From Asterias rubens (lineage: Eukaryota): a stretch of 64,000 nucleotides of DNA. Made by a program: the position numbers and the translations under genes. The stretch spans positions 9,176,001-9,240,000 of the forward strand of contig NC_047081.1 in assembly GCF_902459465.1 (NCBI RefSeq), given 5' to 3'. The notes below the pieces were generated by a model. That model had not been told where the DNA came from and did not search any database. It worked only from the letters and a program-made list of their open reading frames with translations. Below are positions 1 through 14,389 of the stretch, piece after piece; positions within the stretch are counted from its first letter, which is position 1, and each line of letters starts with the position of its first letter.

Positions 1-293
1 GGCTGTTTACGTGAATGATAAAAACACTCTTCTTCAAAAACAGGATGCGCGGGCCGGCAATGAGCGAATGGCGGTTCCGACACGGAGCAACAGGAATTCA
101 TTTTTACGCAATTTGCACCTCGCAACAAACAACCTTCGGAAACCCAAAATAGCTGTCTCTCTTACTCATTGTGATAATAAAGTCAATAATTGTTTACTCT
201 AAGTTTGAATACTTGTTATGAATGATCAATAATCACCTTGTCAACAAATCGGTTCCTTGACACCTAATATTTACGTTTGGTAATGACTCTTAC

Positions 294-522
294 AATTAAT
301 AAAGTATCAATATAAACCACAAGGGAAACTGACTGGGTAAACTTGTAAATGATTTTTGGGGTTGAACAAAGAATTGACTAGAGTGGGATTCGAACCAACG
401 ACCTCCGGATTAACGTGCCTAGATAGCTCAGTTGGTAGAGCGCCGGCACGTTAATCCGAAGGTCGTTGGTTCGAATCCCACTCTAGTCAATTCTTTGTTC
501 AACCCCAAAAATTAATAAAGTA
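294..522. mobile_element. Head-to-head tRNA-derived SINE pair forming a 68-bp inverted repeat
   Basis: Arms 352-419 and 445-512 (1 mismatch). The plus copy has A box TAGCTCAGTTGG and B box GGTTCGAATCC. Family fragments also near 19780-19815 and 54490-54535. Confidence 0.75.
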
Positions 523-2284
523 ATAACAACTTTCTTGGTTAGAAGTAGGCCCTACACCAGCTTTTGAGAAACTTTTCACTTCAAAGTACTGCGGTTATAT
601 GGAAAAGGTTTTCAACCTGTATCCCCAAAATTGAATCCGAGAAGCGTTACTGACAGAAACGCTTCTCAGATTATGGTTAATTGCAGGTTATTCTTCCTGT
701 GTGGATATATAACCGCTCTAGATTTTCGGTAAATTTATTATATCAAAAACACTCCACCTTTTGAAATGAAACTTTCACAGATAACTTGATTGATAGTTAA
801 ATAGGAATCAAACAGACAATTAGCTCCAAATCCCTTTAAAATTTGCTTCAAAAAAATGTTGCACATGGGGTACTTTGCACTCGCCTTTCAGATCAAAATG
901 ATGGACATGGCGTATAATATAATGTTTACTCTAGATAACTGGCACCAGGCGATCGGTCTTGGTCAGGGGTGAGGCCACGACGGGTCAGGTCGGCTCTCTG
1001 AGCGGTGTGGGTCAAGAAAGGGGCAGAGCATCAAACCCTGACCATCATTCTTGAGACAAATTGGGACAACAGCTACGGGGCTCACACATGTCTGTTGCTA
1101 GACTTGTGGACAAGTCGTTCAATGTCTGCCGCGGTCATCGGCTCCCTCGCAACTACCTCGCGAGCTGCTTTGCGCGAGGCTGCTGCTCTCACGACTACGT
1201 CTTGAGGCAATTGAGGACAACGGCTTTGACTGTTGCTAAAGGTGTTGCTAAGGACATCCTATACTTCGATCAATGCATACTGATAAAGAATAAAGGTTAA
1301 TATTGTTAGGGCCAACTCTAAAAACTGAGTACCAGTGAAAACGCTAAGCAAAGTGTGATTTCACAAATCACTATGTTCATTATATTGACAACTCATCTTG
1401 TAATGGGGCCAATTTCCTAGAGCTGCTAAGGCAGAAAATAATAATAGCCTAACCGTTTTATGATCAGCGAACAGATGGTACGTGCGAATAGATATTCTGG
1501 TTATAACATAATTTTGTTGCGCTTTTAGCCCCTTTGTGATTTAATTGATCTATTACCTTCCTTTGTTTTATAAAGGCATCCCAGCTTACAAGCTTTGCTT
1601 TAATGGGCCATGCCTCCATACAGTTTTCAGTCTTGTTAAATCTTATTGTTTGTATTTGTATATTGTGTTTGTATGGAAATAAATGTTGATTGAAGTTGAA
1701 TTAAGTAGCTCTGAAATTTGGCCCAGATGAACCGTAGTTCTTACTGAAATCGGACCATGTTCAGTAAAGACCTAACAATATAGATGTAAATCTTATGAAG
1801 ATTAATTTTCCTTTTTAATGGCTGTACAGAGTTTTACAATTTCATTGTTTATCCAACCAACCTGTCACAAACAGTTAAGACATTACTATTGGTCTGTTTC
1901 AGTCTTTTAAAAACAAAGCTCTCAAAAAATTAACTGAGTTTTAATGCTTACTCCCCGCTCAAGAGAATATTTTGATGAAATGCGGACATGGATTTTATTT
2001 TCAAAAATGACGGCATACTTGAAGTCAAGGTTTTCACTGAATACTTGTCTGGATTTTACATTTTTTTCTGGCTTCCTGTGAAGTATTTCGTTCCGGGTTC
2101 TTATAGGAAGCTTCTAAGGTCACTGGGCCAGTGGTTGGAAATTCTGTCAAAGAACTTACTTAGGACAGGAAAACAGTGTTTATATAATGTAATTGGGGGT
2201 AGTGATGACAATAAATTATGTTTCATTTTGTCGTCATAACCAACAAACATAACGGATGTTATTAGTTTTTGTTTTGACCCTATA

Positions 2285-2402
2285 CACCAATGCACTGTAT
2301 ACTCAGTAAACTCCTCCCGAGTTATGTGAAGAAGAAAAAATCAGGTATATTACTCGGGTGTGATTCGAACCTATGACCTTTGCAATTCTAGAGCAGTGTC
2401 TT
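2285..2402 (-). mobile_element. tRNA-derived SINE fragment (same family as 24797-24975)
   Basis: Shares ctgtatactcagta...gattcgaacc...ttgcaattctagagcagtgtct. Confidence 0.65.
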
Positions 2403-2455
2403 TAAAATTACTTCACATTTGTTGTATGGGGTGTATATATGCACCCCTTCTTTCA

Positions 2456-2823
2456 TGGACACTATTTTGGTAAGTACCCAAAATAATGACTAGCAAAAAA
2501 ACGTACTTGGTAACGAGCGATTGAGAGCTGCTGTTGATAGTATAAAACATTGTGAGAAACGGCTACCTCTAAAGCTAACATCGTTTTTGAGAAAGGGGCA
2601 ATTTCTCACTCAAAATAATAAAACACTTCATCGGCTGAAGCCTTTTATTATGCATCTGATGAAAGCACACACCCATTAATTGTGCAACAAGGGTGTTTTT
2701 CAGTTCATTATTCTCTTGCGACTTCGATTACCAATTAAGTCAACATTTTCACAGGTTTTTTATTTTGTGCATAGTTGAGATACACCAAGTGTCTTTGACA
2801 ATTACCAAAGATGTCCAGTGCCT
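2456..2823. mobile_element. Kolobok-type MITE family 1, diverged copy
   Basis: Family core plus right end gtgtccagtgcct|ttaa; left end degenerate. Confidence 0.65.
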
Positions 2824-3529
2824 TTAATGTGACACGCTTATGTAATGAACATTATAAAAGAATAACAACAACATAAAATTGAAGGCTGATGAGAGCGTAG
2901 GTGGCCATAACACGTTTCGGCCAGCCCACTGCCCACGGGATCGGAAAAACACTGGGCCAATTATGTTTTGAACAAAATTCCCAGTGACTTATTGAACCTT
3001 AATTAATTCATTCATTCTTATCTTTTATTTGTTTTTTTTTGTTTTGGGAATATTTCTAGTCCACATCCCTGTACCTCTAGGTGAACACTTATGAATAATG
3101 AATAATGAATAATTAATAATGACCCCCATACAACCATGGCCAATTGGGTCCTGGCACCAAGCCCTTCATGAATATTTACACAAAGTTTAATTTATGCAGC
3201 ATCTCTGGAGGAAAGGAATAAATATTTATATTACATCCAAGCACTTGCATTTTTCTGTGACAAAGGAGCATTGTTGTGAAAGGAGTCGAGTTGGGAGGAT
3301 ATTTATTGTTCCAATCCATCATCCGCAAGTTCACATTTATGACGTCACAATAACTACCCTTGGGAGCCAGCCACAATAACACAAAAACAAAATGGCGTCA
3401 CGGACCCCGCCTGATTGGTCTTCCATTTAAGTTATGATTGGTATGTGAAGGCGCGGTATGGAATTTTAACAACTTCAGTTAAATGCCACAAATTCCAAAA
3501 ATACGTCTGTGGTTTACTTTTAGTTGTTT

Positions 3530-4315
3530 TGTAGACAGTTATCTTCAAGTTGTTTAGGTCGCTGCAAATTAAACCATTCTAATTTGACATGCCCATTTGT
3601 AAGAGGAACTTCACAAACAAAATAGAGTTGTCATTCATGAAAACTCCACACCCAAAGTGAGCTACCATGAACTTGCGTTGTACCGTTGATCTTGTGGGGC
3701 TATCTTCAACTCTTTTTCGTCATTGCAATTTTGAAACACATTTTCGACAAGCTACAGAAGGATTTCACAAAGAAAATTCATTCATGAAACTATACACCCA
3801 AACTTGAGAAGCCGTGAAAGTTAGTTGTATTATAGAGTTTTCTTCGGCTCGTTTTCGTCGCTGCAATTTGAACAACATTAATATTTTTTAACAGTCTCGT
3901 GTGTAAAGAAGAACTTCACGACCACGTAGAACTTTCATTCATGAAAACTCCACACTCAATAAAAACTTGAGCAATGACCACGGGTGTGGAGTTTTCATGA
4001 ATGATCTTTTACAGAGTTATCTTCAACTCTTTTTTCGTCGCTGCAATTCGATCCACATTTTCGACAAGCTGGTGTAGGCCTACACAGAATAATTTCAAAC
4101 AAATCAGAGTTTTCATTCATAGAAACTCTACGGCCCAGGCCTACACCCGAAGCGAGCAGCCATGAACTTTATAGTTGTTCCGTAATGATCTTATGGAGTT
4201 AGTTATCTTCAACTCTTTTTTCGTCACTGCAATTCGAACTTCAACAAAATAGAGTTCTCATTCATGGTTACTCAAGGCCCAGTCCTACACCCAAAGCAAG
4301 CAGCCATGAACTTAT
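3530..4315. repeat. Diverged tandem repeat, about 150-bp unit x5
   Basis: Recurrent tcattcatgaaaactccacaccc...gagttatcttcaactctttttcgtcgctgcaatt. Confidence 0.75.
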
Positions 4316-4725
4316 AAGGTCAACAAAATAAACCATAGGGAGCTATTTTCATACTCACTGGGGCACTACGGAGAAACTTGTTGGAGCAATTAACACAGCC
4401 ATAACTAGCAAAGAAAGAGAATAATTGAGTCAGTGACTAGACCCGATGGGGCGTTGTAATTACAATGCAGACGTCTGTACGCCAGGCTCAAATTGAGTTA
4501 TGATGTTTTGGGTGGGCATGGCGGTGAAGTATAATTCTACTGGTAACTTTGGCCTAAACTTTATTCAATCTAAGTATAAAGTGGTGAAAAGCCTGAAACA
4601 ATGTCCTTTTATTCCGAAAAAATGTGTCAAAATGAATTGAGTTGTTACAGGTTCGTAGGCGACTCCTACCCTCCATAAAACTTATACTGGCTGACTGATT
4701 GACCCAGATGCAACGAGTGATTTAA

Positions 4726-5087
4726 AGCCATTGGACCCTTTCGGTTCAGAAAAAAAAAAGTTCACAGATTTACAAATAACTTACAGGGTTTACAGAAGGC
4801 AATGGTGAAAGACTTCTCTTGAAATATTATTCCATGAAATGCTTTACTTTTTGAGAAAACAGCAAAACAATATAAATTCTCGTTAACGAGAATTACGGAT
4901 TTATTTTAAACACATGTCATGACACGGCGAAACGCGCGGAAACAAGGGTGGGTTTTTCCATTGTTTTCTCCCGACTCCGATGACCGATTGAGCCTAAATT
5001 TTCACAGGTTTGTTATTTGATATAGAAGTTGTGGTACACAAAGTGTGGGCCTTGGACAACACTGTTTACCGAAAGGGTCCAATGGCT
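4726..5087. mobile_element. Kolobok-type MITE family 2
   Basis: 20-bp TIR AGCCATTGGACCCTTTCGGT, with TTAA on both sides. Confidence 0.8.
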
Positions 5088-5149
5088 TTAACCTTAATTT
5101 AATTCGAGCCTTACATATTGTTTTGCACCTTTACTTCGATGTGTGTTAA

Positions 5150-5479
5150 AGGCAGTGGGCACTATTGTTAATTGTCAAAGACTAGTCTTCACAGTTGGTG
5201 TTTCTCAACATATGCATAAAATAACAAACCTGTGAAAAATTGAGCTCAATCGGTCGTCGAAGTTGTGATATAATAATGAAAGAAAAAACACCCTTGTCAT
5301 ACGAAGTTGTGTGCTTTCTGGTGCTTGATTTCGGGACCTCAAATTCTAAACTTGAGGCCTCGAAATCAAATTCGTGGAAAATTACTTCTTTCTCGAAACC
5401 TATCAACCTTTCCCCAATTACTCGTAATCAAGAAAGGTTTTATATTGATTTGAGTAATTACCAATAGTATCCTCTGCCT
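5150..5479. mobile_element. Kolobok-type MITE family 1
   Basis: AGGCAGTGG...CCT termini, TTAA flanks. Confidence 0.8.
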
Positions 5480-6078
5480 TTAAGACACTGGCTATTATTG
5501 GTAGTCAACCAATGGGAATACTACGTGAGTTCACGGTTCGGGAAAGGTCCACAGTTGGCAAATGTGTACAAAATGTGAGATGTTGCAAACAATAAATTAA
5601 GAGTATAAAACAAAGGAGCAGGACAATTGATCCACGATTGCAGGCGTATTTATACACACTTGTGTGCGTGGGGGGGGGGGGTATCTACTTGAGGTCGTCG
5701 GTGTCTATCCTTTAACTCGCAATAATAAACATTGCAACTTCTTGGAAAGTGGAAGATGTAAGGATATCTTCGGCCCTAGTAGAGGTGCACGACCGAATGA
5801 TTGCATGCGTTTAAGTGCTGCCGTAATAAACACACTTTCAGGATTTCCCGCTAAATCAACCGTGATGCCATAACCCGACGGCTATTTCTTGAGACAAATT
5901 TAAGTTTAACGTACTATGATGTTTCCTGTACGAAACCGCTACCTTGAATCAAACCTTTTTAAACCCAATTGGTTGTTAAGAAATTGATTACGACCGTTTG
6001 TTTTCTCTTCCGAATCAAAAAGCACTCCACTATACAAACCTTTATTGGCTTACCAGGATTGTGCGGTCTCAACAACTG

Positions 6079-6319
6079 GGCCCAATTTCATAGAGCTGCT
6101 AAGCACAACAATTTGCTTAGCATGAAATGTTTGCCTCGATAAAAACAGGATTTCCGTACCAAATTTTTACGTGATTTTCAAGATAAGCATACAACAGCTG
6201 AATACCAGTAACATAGAAATGCAACAAAATAGAAATTTGGTTGGTAATCATGTTTTTATCAAGGAAGAAATTTCATGCTAAGCAAATTTTTGTGCTTAGC
6301 AGCTCTATGAAATTTGGCC
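6079..6319. mobile_element. PIF/Harbinger-type MITE
   Basis: TIR GGCCCAATTTCATAGAGCTGCTAAGCAC, with CTG duplicated on both sides. Confidence 0.75.
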
Positions 6320-6607
6320 CTGTTGTATTTTTCATTGTGGTGTCCTGTTCAGTATAGAAACAAAATAATATTGTCATTTGTAAGGCTTAATTCAACCAAC
6401 AGACGATTGTACGGTTGTTTGACAGGATAGCGAGGGTCTAAAATGATAATAAAAAGGACGTTATACTGAAGAAAGTATAAGCCTGCCCACATGTATACCA
6501 AATGTACCTACATTTCAAGATTTGAGAATTTGTTTTAGAGTTTCAAAGTTCGCAAGTCTTATATATTTTTCAAGTTGATTATTATAACTTTGATAAACTC
6601 CACTTTC

Positions 6608-6959
6608 AGAACAGACAAAAAAAGAAGTTCACATCAGATTTACAAATAACTTACAGGGTTTATAGAAGGTAATTGTGAAAGACTTCTCTTGAAATATTAT
6701 TCCATGAAATGCTTTACTTTTTGAGAAAACATGAAAACAATTATCAATTCTCGTCGTCGAGAATTTCGGATTTATTTTGAACACATGTCATTACACGGCG
6801 AAACGTGCGGAAACAAGGGTAGGTTTTTCCGTTATTTTCTCCTGACTCCGATGACCGATTGAGCCTAAATTGTCACAGGTTTGTTATTTTATATATAAGT
6901 TGTGATACACGAAGTGTGGGCCGTTGGACAATACTGTTTACCGAAAGTGTCCAGTGGCT
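6608..6959. mobile_element. Kolobok-type MITE family 2, left TIR lost
   Basis: Body matches 4726-5087; right end ggct|ttaa. Confidence 0.75.
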
Positions 6960-9900
6960 TTAAACTGATTTTCGGGCGAAATAACAACAGAGGGAAAACC
7001 AAACGAACAATCAAACACTGCGGGAAAACACATCACCGGTGACACTTTAAATGAATCAAAATAACAAAACATGCATTTGTGTTTGATCATGGAGCAACTT
7101 GATCTGGTTTGATATTGCATCATGTCTTTTTGGTGAATTGAAGGATTCATAAAATACATCTCTGGAAGGATGACCTTTGACCCAGGCTACTTATAACCAT
7201 CCAAATGTTTGTGTCTTCTTGTATAAACAAAATGGTGGATACCTGGAGGGTTCAGCTAATGGTTCACCATGGAGGAAGGAAAATCACTTTGTGCATATGC
7301 CGCTTAAAGGCACCGCACCCTAACCACAGTGGTTGGAAGTTGTTTTAGATTGAGGCATATATGGAACAAGGGTACAAAACATTCGGTTGAACTTTCTAGA
7401 CCATGTAAACTGTGACGTCACCATGTTTCAAAAAGAACCAACTGGCCCGGAAGACTTGTACCCAGTTCAATGTAAACTTTACATTAAATCTGATTTTTTA
7501 TGAAAATTGCGTTGTCTAATTTTTTTGTTTTTAACTTTTGACGCAAAGAAAGGAGACACACCTCAAAACTTGTTCAGCTGTTCCTTTTCCAACTCTTGTA
7601 TTTATGTGGAAATTATTACAAGAATCGTTAAGATTTCCAATAGTGTGACCAGTGCAGTATCTTGCCCGCCAAAAAAGGCCCTTGAATACACAATGTCACT
7701 TTTTCGGTAAACAAAGACTAGGCTCTGCATTGTCTTTACAGTAATAGCATGCACCATCAAAAAATACCGGGGTTCAGACAACTCGTCCGTCGAGTCGTCC
7801 GAACGGTCGAGCTGTCTCAACCGGCGAGTTGTCTGAAGGACGAGTTGTCTACTATCCGCACCCTAACCACAGTGGTTTGAATTTGTTTTAGATTGAGGAG
7901 CTATTTCTAGTTGGGAAAAAAAACTAAATTTGAATGCTGATCAATTTCACAGATATTTGTTAGCGGATGGATACACGATCGTAGTAGGTCCGTTTCCGAT
8001 AAGCCTTGTTTTAGGTTGCGTGCCGGAGTGACTGCCCGCACGGGAAATTACTGGTCGTGTCCCCCCGCGATCTGACCGAGAGAGCTCGACTTGATGTCCC
8101 GTGTGTGACTCTCACGCCGTTTAGTTCGACCGCAGGCCGTGGGAGTTGGCTCTCGCAGAAAGTGGGCTACTAAACAAAAAAACTTTGTCACAACATTCTG
8201 TTTGTCCTTGGTGAGGAGACACCTTGTGTGAACGCCGAGGGATCCACGGTTATTTTTAGGAAACTTACCCACGCATTGGGTTATTATTAGCAAACAATGT
8301 TTGAAATCAAAATGATAGAAGCATTATATGAAGCTACCGGAAAAGTTGCATTAACTTAATTTGTGATTTCTGTGTTAGAGATTATCTGTGACCATAATGA
8401 TTTGAAGTGAGACCTCAAAAACCGCAGGGGTAAACTGAATGACTCCAATTATTAATTTAATTCAATATTTTGCCTCAAAACCGCAGAGTAAAATGAATAA
8501 TTCCACTCTATTTCATATCAATAATTTACTATGCTTACTTCAATTCAGATATTGAAAAGTCTGCTGTATTCGTTTAGAAATGACTCTGAAATTTCATGGC
8601 AATATTAAAAAGTTAAGTGTAAGAATTACAGCTGCAGTCTTGGATAGGAAATGCATTTTGAAAAACATTTCCCTTCTAAGTACCATGGTTATTGTAGAAA
8701 AAGATCCCAAAAAAGTTTCTTCCTGCGTGGACATAATTCGCTCCGGATTTTCGGCGATAAGCCTATACCTCAAAAACGCGTATTGAAATTATATGTTTAG
8801 ATGTTAGTTTTTTTGTATATATATCTACGATATATATGATTAAAGCAATCGAACTGTTCCAAAAACCAAAGGTATAATTTAAGAGATTATTCCAGATAAT
8901 AAACAGATGCCGCAAGTTGCAAAGCTCCAAGGGCCTTGATCCAGTTTCCTTAAGTCAAGGAATCTTAAAACCTAACCCAAGACGCCTCAGTCATTGACCC
9001 ATTACAGGCCATCCCATGGTGAGACTACACCCTTATTAAGAACCCAAAATGAGGGTATACTGGGAGGGAGGTTGATGGGTCCAAACCTAGGGCCGAAGAT
9101 CGCGTCTTTTACCCCCACCAATTAAACCACTCCTCATCGGCCAGTCAGCGCCCAGCTGTGTGAGTCAGCAACAAGGGGCTAAGTCCAGGTTGTTGGAGTA
9201 CACCCTGCCGTCTTCACTGCATGGTGTGCCCAAAGAATAATAACAAAAAAACCTTTATCGCCGTAAATAATTACGCTAAAGTAATTAACAACACTTTGGA
9301 CTGAAATTACCCCCAAAGTGTCGGTATTATACCCTGACCTGAGAGCTGTCACGATTTATTTGGAAATGTTGACGTTTTAGGTCAACAATGACGAGCTTAA
9401 TAGAAAAAACAAGGGAGGAGAGGGGTTCAATTTCATAAAATACTGCTTGACAAAAATGTCTTTGCTGAGAAAAAAAATTGAGTGGGGCATATGCCACAAT
9501 AATGTAAACTTTATACTAGTTTGGCTTGTAACTTGTTTCTGTTAAATACTGTCTGTGCTTAGCAAGTTTGCTTGCTTTCACTGAAAGTTGCAGGCTTTGA
9601 GAAATGGGGCCGACAGGTACCGTTTCAATGTGCACCACTTATTATGATGTATGTCTATAATGGAAAAGGGGTACAAGACAACGTTTTAGATTTGGACTTT
9701 CTGTTTCTAGTAAAGACCAAAAAGGAGCCACAGAGCAGGGACAACTAAAACACAGCTAAAATTTGAAAAGAAAAAAAAAATCTGATATGGAGATTGCATC
9801 GTCTAATGTTTATAAAATGTTTGACGTGAAGAAGGGCGCATTAATTAAAGTGGAAATTATGACAAAAAAAGTCATTTTGTCAATGTTTCACACTGGGCCT

Positions 9901-10920
9901 CGACTATCTTCAACTTTCTCTATACAAAAGACTTGCCTCTCCACAACCTACGAGCTAGGTCCAGCACCTCTGTAACAATTGTATGGCTTTAAGTCAACTT
10001 GTAAATAAACCAAGACCAGACCCGCAGACAATATTGTTACAAGTGTTTTCTTCAGTCGTCGTCACCGCTCTATACTCCAGTCCGCTCGCATCACACGTTT
10101 CTTCTAGTAATAGTTAACCAGAGCCATGCATTATTATCACGAGTGCAGTATCTTGCCTGCCGAAAAGGCCCTGGAAAGTACAAGGTCACTCATAAAGATA
10201 ACATTGTCTCCACAGTACATGTGAGTACCAACAAAAACACCAACCCTGTTAAAAAAATAAAAGAATAGTTTAATGGCACAACATACGTCATTTAGGTTTC
10301 TTGGCAGGATGTTTAGACAAGAGATTCGTTGCAGAAAGCGAAAGGTCTACCTTCTGTGTGTCCTTGTCGAGTTTCTAGAAATCATGGATGACATTTTGAT
10401 TGATTTCCAACTTGAGGAAGGATTGCTGTGGCTTTGCAAACATCCTGCGTTCACTGTGATGTAAATTAAACAAATGGCAGACTTTGTTTTAAGCGGAGCC
10501 ATGGGTGCGTTATTCATAAGGGTTTTTAAAGGCGGTGTGTGTACTCTTGGAAATTGTCAAAGACCTGGAGCTGCTTAAGCATAACAAGTGCTCTATAAAA
10601 GTCATCTTTGTTAATGCATTTTTTTTATGTTCCCTTTACTGCGGTGGTGCTATTTATATTCTATTATTATGTATTTTTTCTGTGTAATTTTTAACAATAC
10701 TTTTACCTTTAAATGCCACACAATTCAGCTTTGTGCTGCCAGTTGGTTCTTTAATAAAAATGCATGAATGAATGTATGAAAAGTTGCTAAGCACATCCAA
10801 ATTATGCTTACCAAAATAAGGCTACCAGCCAAAGTATACCATTTCACATGTGCAATCTGTGGCTGGTATCTGGCTTATTGTTGCTATTGAAGAAGCTCTA
10901 TATGAAACTGTGCCCATCTT

Positions 10921-11240
10921 CACTTGGTGTGGCCCAACCATATCCATAAAACAACAAACCTGTGAACATTTGAGCCCAATTTGCCATCGGTGCTGCAAGA
11001 AAGTAGTAAAAAGATAATTAATAGAATTGTGTGCTTTCAGATTCCTGAAAAAGGCTTGATGCCTGAAGCCTTTCTCAACTTCAAATTTGTCGGTGAAAAA
11101 AAATACCTTTTTTATTCTAAAAAACTATATACTTCAAAGGGTGTTGAATTTCATAATATCAACAGCTCTCGTGCTCTTTTACGAAGTAACTTTTTATGGT
11201 AATTGATTTCTTGAGTATTTACCAAAGGTGTACCCTCCCT
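10921..11240. mobile_element. Kolobok-type MITE, old diverged copy
   Basis: Family core motifs; right end ggtgtaccctccct|ttaa. Confidence 0.55.
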
Positions 11241-14200
11241 TTAAATGGTGACCACTCCAGTTCAAATCATCAACATTCTTCGTTTAAATTCATCACCAGG
11301 TCAAGTGTGACTTTTTAAAAGCTTTAATCCGAATTGTTGTAAATCATTTAATGACTTGCCTTGGCCTAAATTTGTTGTAGTACTAATAATTTTCCAAAGA
11401 TCTATACGGAGACAACTAAAAAGGAACGGTCTGGAAAAAAGGGTTGTGTGTACGACATAAAACACTAACATTCTCTCAATTATTGACAATAAACTTACAT
11501 GGTTTAAATATGGTCGAAAGCCTCATTTACTTGCCGAGGTGCTTTATTGAAAATGAGTAAAACAATTTCACGAAGATTTTTTTCTTTCTTTTTCTTAGTG
11601 ACACGAAAATTATTTTAGCATGTGGATTTGCGCAACTCTCCTGAAAACATCGCTAGTGAATTTCTCTCTTGTTTTCTCAAAAACTTGACGACTAATGAAG
11701 CTGAAACTTTTACAAGTAAATTATTTTACACACATCGTCATTCACAGATAGGGACTCATGGTATGGCCCAACATGTTATCTACAAAAAGGTACCAAAACC
11801 ATCCAAAAGGTTGTCCCAGTTTGAAGTTGCAGGAACACTTTGATTTCACTTATTCTTGTTTCTTGGTCAACGACCTCCAAACTGCAGTGATTAAACTGAG
11901 TTTTCGCTTCCCACTTTTATCGGTCCGTCAGACGTGTGTAAAAAAAAAACACGTAAAAAAACACACCCGTGTCCCAATTAATTTGCCGAACCCCTTTCGA
12001 AGTCTCTCTCCACACGTGAGAAAGTTATACGGCCCCAAGCAAGAATCAACCCCGTCTGAAAACATCAACAAACAACCACTTTCTTACCCCATTGTTTCTC
12101 GAATTAAAGGCCTATTTGAAAGTTTACGAGCGAACCAATGGAATCGCTCGGTGTTTATTTAAGTTGTCTGGTCTAAAGCGAACCGCAACATTTGGAATTT
12201 TCACCGCGTTTTTTTTTTTTTTTTTTTTTAATGGAATACTTTTTGGGCGATGCTTTGGTCGATCGGGGTCTGGATTTGAAGAGATAAAATACCAATAGCA
12301 TTAGATTTATTTGGATGCGATTTCACCTTGAGTTGTCAGTTAAAAGTGTCTCTGTCAGGGATTTCTTGGTAATAGGGTCTCAACAACTAGTCGGGTCACG
12401 CCTAATCAAGTTTAGGCTACCGTTTCTTGAAACTGAACTGGGGATCCCGCATCAAAACACTGTCCTGCACCAAGTACTACAACTTTTTACAAGCCTTTTG
12501 ATTCATCTTGTTGACCTCGAATGGAGTTCTTGTAGGGACCGACTCCACTGTTTTGCTGCGTGGTGTCATTTTGAAAAGTGGTGTGAACAAAATAAATACA
12601 TTAAATAAAATGCATGATAAAAAATGCATCCTTCAATGGAATTATTTTTTCATTTCCTTTGTCTCTGAAAACAGTATTCCGTAATACTATGTTCTAAAAT
12701 TTCTGTTTTGATCACCCCAGTCTTTAGAAACCCCCTTTGGAGTCATTTTAGTTTTCTTTTTGCCCCTTCTTTATGAGCACTTAGGCCTGTTAGTGTTAGA
12801 CTCGTGGACAAGTCGTCAAAATATTTGCCGTGATGCGTCTCTCACGCGATTACTGCTCTCGCGATATTTCCTCCAATTAATGGGACAGTCGTCGAAAGAG
12901 AAGTTTAGTCTCGCGGAACAGCAGTTTCTTGCTAGAGAGCCGTTACGATATCACAACGACAGACAAATAACGACTTGGCTACAAGTCTAGCCTACAGTTG
13001 AACTCCCTTATTTTTCACAAAGCGTCAGCCCCATTACGTGTTTAATACTGCTTCAAAAAAATCCCCAAGCCCCCAGCTGTGTGTCAGACATAACACCTGT
13101 GTGCAGCTCATGTGTCATAAGGGTGGGTTTAATTATAAATCCATCTGGACCAACTCGTGAAAGCTTTAAAAACAATACCCCCAGTAATCGCCAGCAGAAA
13201 ACTGATAGTTATTTTCAGTTATAACGTATCACAGGGGTCTTAAGGTGTAGAAATCAACGTAGAGATTATGATTTCGACACCGAGATAAGTGGGGTTGGTG
13301 AAGTTCAGGGTGACTCCGATTATTTTCAAAAGCTGACCCCGCTGGAAGGAGAGGCTCGGTGATGGGGACTTTTTGAGCTCTTCAACGGGGAACAATAATC
13401 TGTCAACGACGCTGTGTGGACTCTCGTGCCGCTCCCCGTATTTGATTTGAAGAGGGTTTAACAACACTGGATGTTTATTTCTTTGGTTTTGAGGATTTGC
13501 CAAAAGCACGACCATCAGTCGAGATCCGTAGATGATTAAAGGGAAAGTTGGAACAGTTCGTCTGTTATAAAAAGGTTTCAATTCGATTAAATTCAACACA
13601 TATTTACTTCGGTATTATACATTATTAGTGTTTCATAATGTTAACTCTGCCAGTTATCAGTAGATAGCCAATACTTTGATAATGTTGAGAAAAGTATCAA
13701 CCTAAAATCTTGGCAAAAAAAATGCCCCCAATAAATTAATACCCCCCCCCCTTGGCCCATGCCTGTCCCCATCCCCATCCCACCCCGATCTCTGGTTATT
13801 ACGCAACTAAGTACAAACCATGCCATTGATGCCGCGCCTTTCACAATTGTAAATGATAAATTAATGGGAATGAGACAGGAATGGCAGTACCTGTAGAATA
13901 CAAAGCTCAACAACATTCCAACTTTTCGTCAATGGAAATAACTAACACTGTACGATAAAAGTATCGAAAGTTACCTAAACAACTCTGTAGTGACACTGTT
14001 GCCGTAGGGCCTTTTACTTTCACATTTTGTCGTTTTTTTCTTTTTTCTCACCAAGATTTTCTCACCAGTTATAGATTTCATTTACTCGAATACCTGTAAA
14101 GGTTTTCTTTTCTTTTTAATCACAAAGGAACCAAACCTGTACAGGAATTTGAAGTATGAATCCACAAAATTCCGTCAATTCAGCTCTTTTTGAATGTGAA

Positions 14201-14389
14201 AATGAAACAGCCATTCCTATGTATTGTACACGAAAGTTAAGCATGCGTGTCAACGTGCCGCGGCCTAGCGCTAACATGTTTGTTGTGTGTTCACTGTGAA
14301 GGGTTTCGTTTTATAGTGTTTTAATACTGATCCGGGTTGACGTCACATCCAGGTAATCCAGAATATTTATATTTTTTAATTTAAGTTTT

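Noticed and set aside
420-487. Possible tRNA gene
   Set aside because: It has A and B boxes but an imperfect acceptor and anticodon stem, and continues into a repeated non-tRNA tail seen elsewhere. It is a SINE head.
2885-2922. CTGATGAG near GTTTCG, resembling a hammerhead
   Set aside because: The two core halves are on opposite strands, so no hammerhead can form.
12250-13599. Protein-like stretches on the minus strand (e.g. YLVQDSVLMR; the 119-aa ORF 13240-13599)
   Set aside because: Multiple stops, no splice structure and no recognisable domain. Possibly decayed retroelement, but unsupported without tBLASTx.
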